NCBI GenBank assembly: GCA_016205975.1
Contig: JACQSK010000007.1
Coordinates: 5,328-69,327, forward strand
Source of the DNA: Candidatus Uhrbacteria bacterium
GTDB taxonomy: Bacteria; Patescibacteriota; Patescibacteriia; UBA9934; GWF2-40-263
DNA length: 64,000 nt
Direction: 5' to 3'
Positions 8,576-17,992 of this stretch are shown here, in pieces (position 1 is the first letter of the stretch; the number at the start of each line of letters is the position of its first letter). The notes beneath the pieces were generated by a model. That model saw only the letters and a list, made by a program, of their open reading frames with translations. It was not told the origin of the DNA and did not search any database. The translations under genes were made by a program, and so were the position numbers.

Positions 8576-8992
8576 GCCATGCAACTGCTCCGACGTCGTT
8601 GACATCGTCATGTGCGCACAGCGGGAATCGGGCAGCCACACGGTCGTCTCTCGACAGCGTATTGTTCGCCCGATGGGGGAGAGTGACATTCGTCCATTCG
8701 TCTTTCGACAAGGCCGACAGAGTCACTCGGGGAGTCGTGCACGCTGGTCCTGGTCTCTCGACAGTATCAATATCGCACGACGATGGCTCGACATTCATCT
8801 GATCGTCTTTCGACGGGTGGCGAGTCGTCGAGCTGAGAATCGGGCACTCCATAGTCCGTCTTTCGACAGCCGACCATGCGCCCGATGGGGAGGGTGACAC
8901 GCGAGCAATCATCTTTCGACAATCTCCCATTCGTCACTCGGGGAGCCGAGCAGACCCTCGGTCGTCTCTCAACACGACCTCCTGTGCTCGGC
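8576..8992 (-). ncRNA. Stem-loop TIGR-like guide array, 8 units with paired 9-nt spacers
   Basis: Units start (plus) at 8576, 8627, 8681, 8734, 8786, 8839, 8892, 8945: 7-bp stem, A, 9 nt, TCGTCT(T/C)TCGACA, 9 nt, 2 nt, complementary 7-bp stem; 4-6-nt linkers. Confidence 0.9.
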
Positions 8993-8998
8993 GAATCT

Positions 8999-9027
8999 TT
9001 ACTACCCCAAATCAAAGACGGGGTCAA
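8999..9027 (-). promoter_or_regulatory. Candidate promoter for the array
   Basis: TTGACC-17-TAGTAA; predicted start (~8992) coincides with the first base of the first stem. Confidence 0.5.
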
Positions 9028-9084
9028 GCCCCGCCTTGTGTGAACTACGCGGGGGCAAGCCCTCGCGGTTTACGCTTCGCTTGC

Positions 9085-11109
9085 CTAAACATCCAAGTTC
9101 TTCACTGTCTTGGCATGTGTCTGGATGAACCGTTTACGTGGGGCGACGTCGGCGCCCATGAGGACATCGAACACGTCGTCGGCGCGCTCAGCGTCTTCGA
9201 TCGTGACCTGTTTCATCACGCGCGTTGTTGGATCCATCGTGGTGGTCCACAGCTGGTCTGGATTCATTTCTCCCAAACCTTTGTAGCGCTGGATGTTCAC
9301 CTTGACGCCCGAGACCTCCATTTCCTCGGTCTCACTGGCGCCCTCCGTTGTCTCGGGCACTTCCTCCTTGAGTTCTTTTTTATTTTTGCCCGCGTCCTTC
9401 AGGAGTTCCTCCACGACGGTCAGTTTTTCCTCGTCCGAATACGCATAGCGGAAATTCTTTCCGACGTTCACGCGGAAGAGCGGTGGCTGGGCAATGTAGA
9501 TATGGCCTTGGTGGATCAGCTCGGGGAAGTAGCGGAAGAACAGCGTGAGCAGAAGCGTGCGGATGTGCGCGCCGTCCACGTCCGCGTCCGTCATGATGAC
9601 GATTTTGTGGTAACGCAACGTCGTCAGGTCGAAGCCCTCGCCGATGTTGGTCCCCAGCGCGATCACGAGCGACTTAATCTCGTTATTGGAGAGCATCTTA
9701 TCCAGACGCGCGCGCTCCACGTTTAAGATCTTGCCTTTCAGCGGGAGGATCGCCTGATGTTCCCGGTCGCGGCCTTGTTTGGCGCTGCCGCCAGCTGACT
9801 CGCCCTCGACGATGAAGATCTCCGAGTCGCCAGGATTTTTACTTGAGCAGTCGGCGAGCTTGCCAGGCAGAGTCAAGCCTTCCATGGCGCCTTTGCGCAG
9901 CACGGTGTCGCGAGCGGCTCGAGCGGCGCTTCGGGCTTGCGCGGCCAGCAAGCACTTGCCGATGATGGCCTCGGCGTCGGCCGGGTGTTCTTCCAAATAG
10001 ATTTTGAACGCCTCGCCGAACACGGACTCCACGGCCGTGCGTGCCTCGGGGTTGCCGAGCTTGGCCTTGGTCTGTCCCTCAAACTGTGGTTCCTTGATCT
10101 TCACGCTGATGACGGCCGTGAGTCCCTCGCGCACGTCGTCGCCGGTCAGGTTCTGATCTTTTTCCTTCAAGAGTCCCTTGCCGCGCGCGTAGTTGTTGAG
10201 CTCGCGCGTCACGGCCGTGCGGAAACCGGAGAGATGCGTGCCGCCTTCGGGGTTGGTGATGTTGTTGGCAAAGCAGTGGACCGACTCGTAATACTCGCCC
10301 GTGTACTGGAGCCCCACCTCGACCTCGACGTCCGTGGCCTCGTCGAGCTTGTGCACGTAGAAAACGTTTTTGTGCTTGGCTTCCTTGCCGTGGTTGATGT
10401 GGCGCACATAGCTCGCCACGCCGCCTTCAAAATAAAAAGCGTACACGCTAGGGAGGGCTTCGTCGCGCGCGTCCTGGACGATCAGTTTGATTCCCTTGGT
10501 GAGGTAGGCCTGCTGGCGCAAGTGGTCGAGGATCGTCTTGAGGCTGAACTCGGTTGTCTCAAAAATGGTTTCGTCCGGATGAAACGTGATGATCGTGCCG
10601 GTGCCCGTGGCTTTCCCAACGGGTTTGACGCGGCCCTTGGGGATGCCGCGCGCATATTCTTGCATCCACAGTTTCCCCTCGCGCTTCACTTCGGCCTTGA
10701 GATACGTGGAGAGTGCGTTCACCACCGATACGCCCACGCCGTGCAAGCCACCGGAGACTTTGTAGCCGCCGTCGCCGAACTTTCCTCCGGCATGCAACTT
10801 GGTGAGCACGAGCTCGAGCGCCGAGACTTTGTGCTGGGGATGGATGTCCACCGGGATGCCGCGGCCGTGGTCTTCCACGCTCACGAGGTTGCCAGGCAAC
10901 AGGCGCAGCGTGATTTCTTTCCCGTGTCCGGCCATAGCCTCGTCAAACGAGTTGTCCATGACCTCCCAGATGAGGTGATGGAGTCCCTGCGGGCCGGTGG
11001 TGCCGATGTACATGCCCGGCCGCCGGCGCACGGGGTCCAGTCCTTCCAGGACCGTGATCTGTTTGGCGCCGTAGGCACTCTCGGCCTTCTTTGTTTTTTT
11101 GGATGCCAT
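9085..11109 (-). CDS. gyrB: DNA gyrase subunit B
   Basis: VRRRPGMYIG, LHAGGKF, SGGLHGVG, VEGESAGG, PLKGKILN, MTDADVDG, QRYKGLGEM. Confidence 0.95.
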   Translation of the reverse strand: MASKKTKKAESAYGAKQITVLEGLDPVRRRPGMYIGTTGPQGLHHLIWEVMDNSFDEAMAGHGKEITLRLLPGNLVSVEDHGRGIPVDIHPQHKVSALELVLTKLHAGGKFGDGGYKVSGGLHGVGVSVVNALSTYLKAEVKREGKLWMQEYARGIPKGRVKPVGKATGTGTIITFHPDETIFETTEFSLKTILDHLRQQAYLTKGIKLIVQDARDEALPSVYAFYFEGGVASYVRHINHGKEAKHKNVFYVHKLDEATDVEVEVGLQYTGEYYESVHCFANNITNPEGGTHLSGFRTAVTRELNNYARGKGLLKEKDQNLTGDDVREGLTAVISVKIKEPQFEGQTKAKLGNPEARTAVESVFGEAFKIYLEEHPADAEAIIGKCLLAAQARSAARAARDTVLRKGAMEGLTLPGKLADCSSKNPGDSEIFIVEGESAGGSAKQGRDREHQAILPLKGKILNVERARLDKMLSNNEIKSLVIALGTNIGEGFDLTTLRYHKIVIMTDADVDGAHIRTLLLTLFFRYFPELIHQGHIYIAQPPLFRVNVGKNFRYAYSDEEKLTVVEELLKDAGKNKKELKEEVPETTEGASETEEMEVSGVKVNIQRYKGLGEMNPDQLWTTTMDPTTRVMKQVTIEDAERADDVFDVLMGADVAPRKRFIQTHAKTVKNLDV

Positions 11110-11284
11110 ATCGAAGACCAGTGTACCTGAGAGGCAGGATTTCTGGAAGACTCGCCAAGGGACAGGGAGGGTGACAAAATTTCGTATATACGAAAAAAAG
11201 TGACCACGGCTCTCCGGCCATTCGTGTGCTGGATGTGGGGCGGACGCAGCGCGGGTGGCGCATCGTGTGGTATACTTTTTTATT

Positions 11285-12208
11285 ATGGAGAATGGAGGTC
11301 TGCTTTTGGAAGAAGAAAAGAAGGCCCGCCGATTGTATCGGTTGAGTTTGTGGTGGGTGGAGCATCGCGCTGTGCTGCGGCGCATCGGCTACGGGGCGTT
11401 CATGGCTGTGGACGCGCTCGTCCTTGCGTTCGCTCTTTTTCATCTGTTGGACGCGTTTGCGTTTAGTTACGATCGCGAGCAGCGCGCGATTTTCGCGATG
11501 GTCACGCAGGGGCAGTCAGATTTGCGCGCGTACACGGAGGCGAACAAGGCGAGCGACCTTGAGAGCACGCCCGCGCGGATCATTTCCATCGGGAGCGATC
11601 GCTATGACCTGTACGCGACGCTCGTGAATCCCAACGACGACTGGTGGGCTGAGTTCACCTACGCGTTCACCACGGACGCAGGAGCCACGGAAACGGCCAC
11701 GGGGTTCATCTTGCCCGGGGAAGAAAAACCGATCGTGGAGTTTGCCTATGCGTCCAGCGTCCCCATGAGCGCCGCCGAGCTTGTCGTCGATGGCATCACC
11801 TGGCATCGTGTGGATCATCAGATGATCGACGACTGGGGAGTGTTTGCGCAAGAGCACCTGAATCTCGTCATCGAAGACGCGCAGTTCACCAAGCAGACCG
11901 ACGGCAACGGCGAGGCGTACGGGCGCTCGAGTTTCACCGTCATGAACAAGACCGCGTTCAGTTATTACGAGCCGACATTCTATGTGCTCTTGAAACGCGG
12001 TTCCTCTGTGGTGGGCGTCAACCGCGCCACGCTCTCCGAGCTTGAGAGCGGCGAGCAAGCCTCGGTCGCGCTCAACTGGTTTGGCACGCTGCCCTCGGTG
12101 AGCGAGGTTGCCGTGGTGCCGGAAATCAACCTGTTCGATCTGTCTGTTTACAAACCGTTAGAGGGGGAGAACACGCGTGACACTCGTACGCGCGTCTTTC
12201 GCCGATGA
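11285..12208 (+). CDS. Hypothetical membrane-anchored protein
   Basis: N-terminal TM segment, beta-rich domains; overlaps the rodA start. Confidence 0.75.
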   Translation: MENGGLLLEEEKKARRLYRLSLWWVEHRAVLRRIGYGAFMAVDALVLAFALFHLLDAFAFSYDREQRAIFAMVTQGQSDLRAYTEANKASDLESTPARIISIGSDRYDLYATLVNPNDDWWAEFTYAFTTDAGATETATGFILPGEEKPIVEFAYASSVPMSAAELVVDGITWHRVDHQMIDDWGVFAQEHLNLVIEDAQFTKQTDGNGEAYGRSSFTVMNKTAFSYYEPTFYVLLKRGSSVVGVNRATLSELESGEQASVALNWFGTLPSVSEVAVVPEINLFDLSVYKPLEGENTRDTRTRVFRR

Positions 12209-13353
12209 TTCTCCACCGCCCTTCACGCCTATTCCAGACGATCGGTCAGCTTCGGTCAGCTGATTGGTTGTTGTTGCTCGCCGTGTTCACGCTGCTCCTG
12301 CTCGGACTCTCGGCGATCTACTCGGTGGAGCTCTCCCAGGAAGCCAGTACGTTTCTGCACATGAAAAAACAAGTGGTCGCGGCCCTCGTGGGCGTGGCCA
12401 TCTTTTTATCTCTCGCGCTTTCCAACTACAAACTCCTGCAAAATTATTCCCTGGCGCTGTACTGCCTGTGCACGGGTCTGTTGGTGCTCGTGCTCATCGT
12501 GGGCGAGACGATCCGAGGCTCGACCGGCTGGTTCGTCTTAGGCGGTGTGAGCTTCCAGCCCGTGGAGATCATGAAGGTGAGCCTCGTCATCACACTCTCC
12601 ACCTACTTTGCGCGCCGCGCCGTCAGACCGCTCTCCGTAAGAAGTTTGTGGCAGAGCGGACTCATGACGCTCCTGCCCGTGGGGCTGGTGCTGCTGCAAC
12701 CCGACTTCGGTTCTGCATCCGTCCTCTTGGGCACCTGGTTTATTTTTCTTCTGTTCGTGGGCATGCCCTGGCGCGCCATTGTTTCCATGGTGCTTCTGAT
12801 GGCGGTCCTCTTTGGCGCGAGCTGGCTGTTTTTGTTTGCCGACTACCAGCGCTCCCGCATCCTGACGTTCTTCGATCCAAGCGTGGACCCGCTGGGCCAA
12901 GGGTACAACGTGGCCCAAGCGATTATCGCCATCGGCTCGGGAGGCTGGCTGGGGAGCGGGTTAGGGTTTGGGACGCAGAGCCAGTTGAAGTTTTTGCCCG
13001 AGTCTCAGACGGATTTTATTTTTGCGGTGATTGCCGAGGAGCTTGGGTTCTTGGGGGTCATGCTTGTCTTGGTGTCGTTCGCATTCGTGTTCTACCGTCT
13101 CATCCGCCACGCCGCCCACGCGCACGACGACTTTACGAGCTACCTGGTTTTGGGGTGCGGCACGATATTTTTCCTGCAGTTTTTTGTGAACATCGGGATG
13201 AACCTCGGCGTCTTTCCCGTGACAGGCATCGGCTTGCCCTGGGTGAGCTACGGAGGCAGCTCACTCATGGTCATGCTGGCCTTGGTGGGCATTGTGGAGA
13301 GCATCGCGATGCGTCGTCCTGGTGGGCAGGTAGGGAGGGATATGGTATCGTGA
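12205..13353 (+). CDS. rodA: Rod shape-determining protein RodA (SEDS)
   Basis: FQPVEIMK, QPDFGSA, AIGSGG, LPESQTDFIF, LPWVSYGGSS. Confidence 0.93.
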   Translation: MILHRPSRLFQTIGQLRSADWLLLLAVFTLLLLGLSAIYSVELSQEASTFLHMKKQVVAALVGVAIFLSLALSNYKLLQNYSLALYCLCTGLLVLVLIVGETIRGSTGWFVLGGVSFQPVEIMKVSLVITLSTYFARRAVRPLSVRSLWQSGLMTLLPVGLVLLQPDFGSASVLLGTWFIFLLFVGMPWRAIVSMVLLMAVLFGASWLFLFADYQRSRILTFFDPSVDPLGQGYNVAQAIIAIGSGGWLGSGLGFGTQSQLKFLPESQTDFIFAVIAEELGFLGVMLVLVSFAFVFYRLIRHAAHAHDDFTSYLVLGCGTIFFLQFFVNIGMNLGVFPVTGIGLPWVSYGGSSLMVMLALVGIVESIAMRRPGGQVGRDMVS

Positions 13354-13382
13354 GCTTAAGGATTCCTAATCGTTTTTCTCCT

Positions 13383-13784
13383 ATGTCTACCAACGACCTG
13401 TGGAACGAAGGATTGAAACTTGTTTCTTTCTGTCCCGTGTGCGAGACGCGCTACAACCCGATGGAGGCGCGCGCACTTTCAGGGGCAGGGGAGACGCAGC
13501 TCTTGCACGTGCAATGCCGCAAGTGTCAGAACTCCATTCTGGCGCTCGTGCATGTGAATCAGACAGGCGCCAGCTCCGTGGGGCTGTTGACGGACTTGGG
13601 GTTTGACGATGTCGTTCGTTTCCGCGCGCAACGCGTGGTGAGCATTGACGACGTGATCGAGGCACACCAATTTTTGGAAGAGGCGCACTGGGAGGAAGCG
13701 CTGGGCGTCGCGTATCGAGATCAGGTGACGCAGGTCATGAGGAAGCGGGAAAAACATTTTCAAGAACAGCGGGCAGCGCGGTAA
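13383..13784 (+). CDS. Zinc-ribbon hypothetical protein
   Basis: CPVC...CRKC; pyrimidine-rich leader before ATG 13383. Confidence 0.75.
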   Translation: MSTNDLWNEGLKLVSFCPVCETRYNPMEARALSGAGETQLLHVQCRKCQNSILALVHVNQTGASSVGLLTDLGFDDVVRFRAQRVVSIDDVIEAHQFLEEAHWEEALGVAYRDQVTQVMRKREKHFQEQRAAR

Positions 13785-13846
13785 TCGTCCTCGCCTTGAC
13801 TATTTTGTAGCGGTCTTGCACAATGGGGCCGCTATTCTATTTTTCT

Positions 13847-14536
13847 ATGAATACTCTCACTCTGGAAGCCCAAGCTCGAACGCAGAAAGGCCGTAAAACG
13901 AACACGCTGCGCGCCCAAGGGCTCGTCCCGGCGGTTGTCTACGGTTCTGGAACGGAGCCTCAGTCGATCGTGATCGATCGCAATCAGTTTGCCAAAATGT
14001 ACAAAGCCGCCGGAGAGTCTTCCCTTGTGGAATTGGTGATCGACGGCCATGATGCTTTGCACGTGCTCATCCATGACTATCAGATCGAGCCGCTGCGCGA
14101 CGAGGTGACGCACGTTGATTTTCAGTCTGTGGACATGAAGAAAGAAATCGAAGCCGAGATTCAGTTGAAGCTCGTGGGTGAGTCGCCGGCTGTGAAAGCC
14201 TTGGGCGGAACGCTCATGACGTCCGTGAACGAAGTGCGGGTGAAGTGTTTGCCTTCCAAGCTTGTGCGCGACATCGAAGTCGACATCAGCGCGCTCTCCA
14301 CCTTTGACGATGTGATCCGTCTGAAGGATCTCGTGATTCCGGAGGGTGTCGTCATCCTGGACGATTTGAACCTGTCCGTGGCCAGCGTTTCCGCGCCACG
14401 CTCTGAGGAAGAGCTGAAGGCCTTGGATGAAGCCGTTGTGGAAGACGTGGCTGCCGTGGCCGTGGAGAAGAAAGAAGAAGCACCGGCGGAAGGCGAAGAG
14501 GCCGCTGCTCCTGCTCAGAAGAATGAGAAAGAATAA
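13847..14536 (+). CDS. rplY: 50S ribosomal protein L25/CTC
   Basis: LRAQGLVPAVVYG, HVDFQSV, acidic tail. Confidence 0.95.
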   Translation: MNTLTLEAQARTQKGRKTNTLRAQGLVPAVVYGSGTEPQSIVIDRNQFAKMYKAAGESSLVELVIDGHDALHVLIHDYQIEPLRDEVTHVDFQSVDMKKEIEAEIQLKLVGESPAVKALGGTLMTSVNEVRVKCLPSKLVRDIEVDISALSTFDDVIRLKDLVIPEGVVILDDLNLSVASVSAPRSEEELKALDEAVVEDVAAVAVEKKEEAPAEGEEAAAPAQKNEKE

Positions 14537-14537
14537 C

Positions 14538-15608
14538 ATGCGCATCAAGGAGGTCATAAGGCGTTTGAAGAAAACCGACCGGCTTACGTTGGTCGGTCTT
14601 CTTATTGTGGCGGCCCTGTGCGTCTTGGTCGCCCTCGTGCTGCCGAAGTTCGTTTATCGATCTTTTTTCCAAGCGGATGAAGCGCAGGAGGCGGCGAGTA
14701 CGGCACTCTTTCGACATCCGCTCACGGGGGAGGCGCTCTTGGAACCGCTGACAGAGTTGCCGCAGGTGGCGGGCGTCATGATCGACAACCACGAGGATGC
14801 GTGGCCACCGACAGGGATCGATCAAGCGTTTCTGGTGATCGAAGCGCCAGTCGAGGCGGGGATTCCTCGCATGCTGGCGTTTTTCAGCGAGGAGCAAACC
14901 GTGGAGCAGATCGGTCCTGTTCGATCAGCTCGTCCGTATTATTTGGATTGGGCAAACGAACTTGATGCGCTGTATTCCCACGTGGGTGGCTCTAACGCGG
15001 CACTTGACCTGATTGCCTCGGGAGGGACATTCGACATGAATCAATACTGGTGGGGTGAGTATTTTTGGCGAGCGAATGGAAATCGGTTTGCCCCCCATAA
15101 CGTGTTTACGTCGACGGAATCATTGCGAGCGTTTTATTTGTTGCGCGAGGAGGCCGGTGTGGCGCCGACAAGACTGTATGATGTTTGGTCGTGGAAAGAT
15201 CCAGAACCTACAGGCAAGGATGGTGTGGGTCTCTATGTCGACTTCTGGGCGCCGGTGTATACCGTTGATTGGGAGTATGATGGGGAGTCTGGGCAGTACT
15301 TGAGATCGCAATTTGGGAGGCCTCATGAGGTCGAGTCTGGTGATCGGATTGTTGCCGATAACGTGGCGGTCGTGGTAACAGAGATTGAAGTCATCGATAA
15401 CGTCGGACGACGAGAGATTCGTACACTGGGAGAAGGGGAGGGGTATGTGCTTCAGGATGGGATCGTGATCGAGGCGACGTGGAAGAAACCGTCCAAATCA
15501 GAACGACTCAAATTTTACAACCGCGCGACCGGTGAGGAGATCGCCATGAACGCCGGGATTACGTGGATCGAGGTGGTGGGGGATGAGGAAGATATTCGAA
15601 TCGAGTAA
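14538..15608 (+). CDS. DUF3048 family protein
   Basis: HPLTGE, VMIDNH, IGPVRSARPYY, HVGGS, APHNVFT, G.TWIEVV. Confidence 0.85.
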   Translation: MRIKEVIRRLKKTDRLTLVGLLIVAALCVLVALVLPKFVYRSFFQADEAQEAASTALFRHPLTGEALLEPLTELPQVAGVMIDNHEDAWPPTGIDQAFLVIEAPVEAGIPRMLAFFSEEQTVEQIGPVRSARPYYLDWANELDALYSHVGGSNAALDLIASGGTFDMNQYWWGEYFWRANGNRFAPHNVFTSTESLRAFYLLREEAGVAPTRLYDVWSWKDPEPTGKDGVGLYVDFWAPVYTVDWEYDGESGQYLRSQFGRPHEVESGDRIVADNVAVVVTEIEVIDNVGRREIRTLGEGEGYVLQDGIVIEATWKKPSKSERLKFYNRATGEEIAMNAGITWIEVVGDEEDIRIE

Positions 15609-15623
15609 GAAATCAAAGGACAC

Positions 15624-15645
15624 AAAAGTCACATATGTGACTTTT
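15624..15645. repeat. Perfect 22-bp palindrome AAAAGTCACATATGTGACTTTT; further hairpins to 15714
   Basis: Read directly between convergent genes. Confidence 0.8.
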
Positions 15646-15771
15646 TGGTTGATGACAACATTTTTTCGTAGGTACGAAATTTTGTCGTCAAAAAGAAATG
15701 ACCCAGGTTGGGTCAGTTGGAGGAAGCGAAGCGACGCTTGCGTGCCTCGCGTGAGAGGTAAGGTGACGTTC

Positions 15772-16194
15772 CTACTTGACCATGAGCCAGGTGCCGGCGA
15801 CGGCCAGGCACAGACCCAGGAGCTTGGTGGCGGGGAACGGTTCACGGAAGATGAGCGCACCGACGATCGTCACGAAGACGACCATGAGGGTGAGCGCCGC
15901 GGGGGCGTAGCTCGACATCCCGAACTGCTGGTCGGTTATGAGCCGGGTGTAGGCGATCATGCCGATCCCGTTGGCGATGCCGGCGAGTGCGAGCAGGCCC
16001 AGGGTGTGGCTCGAAGGGACGGCGCTCAACTCCTGGCGATAGAAGATCGCACAGAGAAATGCGGTGCCGCCCATGACCAGGAACCCGGTCCAGGCGTTGT
16101 TCGTGCCCGCGAATCGGGCGATCATCGGCCAGGAGCCAAAGCCCACGGCGGTCATGAGGCACAGGATCAGGCCGTTGTTCATGAGTGCGTTCAT
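15772..16194 (-). CDS. Small EamA/DMT-like membrane transporter
   Basis: About five hydrophobic helices; GALIFREPFPATKLLGLCLAVAG; GGAGG SD; own TTGACA-17-CATACT promoter (16285-16257). Confidence 0.75.
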   Translation of the reverse strand: MNALMNNGLILCLMTAVGFGSWPMIARFAGTNNAWTGFLVMGGTAFLCAIFYRQELSAVPSSHTLGLLALAGIANGIGMIAYTRLITDQQFGMSSYAPAALTLMVVFVTIVGALIFREPFPATKLLGLCLAVAGTWLMVK

Positions 16195-16315
16195 TTCGGA
16201 GTCCTCCGTGCCAGCTCCTGGTGAGCCAGCCGATCACGTTGAATCGTGAACGCACGAGTATGCGTCAAAACGGGAAGGATGTCAATCAAAACACCCGTCA
16301 TTGTGAGGCGGGGTT

Positions 16316-17224
16316 TTATATGTGCACCTCGATCACTCGGTCATCCCCATGCAGATCTTTATGCGTCTCGAGTTTGGCGCTGGGGAAATTATGGAGGATG
16401 AGTTTTTCTGCCGCTTGGCGTTGCTCGGGGTCGATCTCGATCAACACGATGAGATCGCGGGGGAGGATCTTGCGGTGGTCACGCAGTTGGCGAAACAGTT
16501 CCCAGTACGCATCAAGTCCATCGGCACCGGCACGCAGAGCGATTTCTGGCTCGTGGCGCACCTCAGCTTGGAGATTGTCCATGCGAGCTTGCGATAGGTA
16601 AGGGAGGTTGGCTGTGAGTAAGAGCGTCTTAAATGGATAGACGGACGAGGTCTGCACATTTGTCTGACCTCGGATTGTCTTGAAAATGCGCACGATCGGC
16701 TCGGCAAGGTTGCCCGTCTGGAAGTCGACGGTTGTCTGAGGGACGAGGATATCGGCATTTTTTTTGGCGACTGCCAGGGCGTTTTCGTCGATGTCGACCG
16801 CGATGACAGGAAGATTCGTCTCCGAGGCAAGCGTGATAGCGATCGCGCCTGATCCCGTACCGAGATCCGCGATAAGGGTGCGCTCAGGATCCTTGTCCGC
16901 GAGAACTTTGATCGCCAGCTCAATCATCGTCTCGGTTTCTGGTCGTGGAATGAGGACGTGTTTATCTACAATGAAGTCACGTCCATAGAAGGCCTTCTTT
17001 CCGACCAGGTACGCCACAGGCTCCCGATCCTCACGCCGATCCACAAGTTCGAAGAATTTTTCTTCTTGGTGCGACTTGAGCTTGTCGGCGAAGTGCGCGA
17101 ACAGCCAGGCCTTGGAGGTGTCCAGACTGAAGGCAAGCAAAATTTCTGCGTCGAGCATGGGGGAGTCGACGCTGGCTTTGCGTAGTTTATTGTTGGCCCA
17201 TTGGAGGGCTTCCATGATGGTCAT
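16316..17224 (-). CDS. prmC: Release factor glutamine methyltransferase
   Basis: EPVAYLVG, VLIPRPETE, DLGTGSGAIA, ANLPY. Confidence 0.93.
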   Translation of the reverse strand: MTIMEALQWANNKLRKASVDSPMLDAEILLAFSLDTSKAWLFAHFADKLKSHQEEKFFELVDRREDREPVAYLVGKKAFYGRDFIVDKHVLIPRPETETMIELAIKVLADKDPERTLIADLGTGSGAIAITLASETNLPVIAVDIDENALAVAKKNADILVPQTTVDFQTGNLAEPIVRIFKTIRGQTNVQTSSVYPFKTLLLTANLPYLSQARMDNLQAEVRHEPEIALRAGADGLDAYWELFRQLRDHRKILPRDLIVLIEIDPEQRQAAEKLILHNFPSAKLETHKDLHGDDRVIEVHI

Positions 17225-17264
17225 AGGGAGGAGGGGGACAGAGGGCGGCAAAGGGGAGTATAGC

Positions 17265-17296
17265 AAAAAAAAGGACTCAGGCCTTAGCATGAGTCC
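17265..17296 (-). terminator. Intrinsic terminator of the candidate large RNA
   Basis: GGACTCA/TGAGTCC stem plus 8 T on the minus strand. Confidence 0.8.
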
Positions 17297-17986
17297 GAGT
17301 TTCCAACGGCGGAGGGGGTGGAAGGTGGAAACCTTGGCCTGGGAGATTGAGGCGCAAGCGTCTCGTTCAGATCCAGGTTTTTGGTCATGCGCCTTCCATC
17401 CCTCCGTCGCTCTCGGGGACGGCTTGGGTCGTCAGCTTTTGGTTATTACTGAAGACGTTTGCCCTCGTGATCTTCCTGTTGCGTTTAGCATCGCCATCCT
17501 TCCGAAGAAGAACCCTGTTGCGTTCAGGACTACCCGAAGGTAATCGAGAGACGCGACAGACGCTGCTTTTATAGCTGGCCCGACATTGCTGCCAAGCCCA
17601 GGGGTGTTCAGGAGTTTATCCTCGAGCCCTCATATGGTTCACCCGGAGTCGGCCTAGGCATTGCTGCGAGGCTTTCTCAGCGAGTTCCTTTTGAGGGGGT
17701 TGATCAACGTTACGAGTGGAGGTCCAGGATTTGGCGGCTGATGTTGTTCCCGTTCGTCCGGGGGAGAAAGTCACCTCTCAACCCTTTCCTTCAGGACACC
17801 AGCGGTGCCATGACTCTTAGCCACGGCCGTAGCCAGAGTGTCTGTCCCTTTGTCGATCGGCTGATCGAGAGTCGTTTCAGGCGAGTGCCAGCCGAAGCTG
17901 ATTCACGCCGTTCACGGCTCCAGGTTCGCGTCCTTGCGGACGCTAGGCCGGGGGTTTCAGCTTTCGCTTATCGCCATCCGACGGTA
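17265..17986 (-). ncRNA. Candidate large structured non-coding RNA (~720 nt), family unassigned
   Basis: No minus-strand ORF of 60 aa or more inside it; promoter and terminator; eight GNRA/UUCG/UACG hairpins all on the minus strand; long 3' rod. Confidence 0.7.
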
Positions 17987-17992
17987 ACGACC

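Noticed and set aside
8576-8992. CRISPR array
   Set aside because: No 23-47-bp identical repeat, spacers are paired 9-mers inside variable stems, and no cas genes are present
8461-9027. ORFs over the array (8461-8802, 8520-8930, 8610-8897, 8767-9027)
   Set aside because: Translations only mirror the nucleotide repeat; no SD or protein-like features
17265-17990. RNase P RNA, tmRNA, SRP RNA, or the short plus-strand ORFs
   Set aside because: No GAGGAAAGUCC, tRNA-like CCA end or SRP loop found by eye; the ORFs lack coding character and structure signals are on the minus strand
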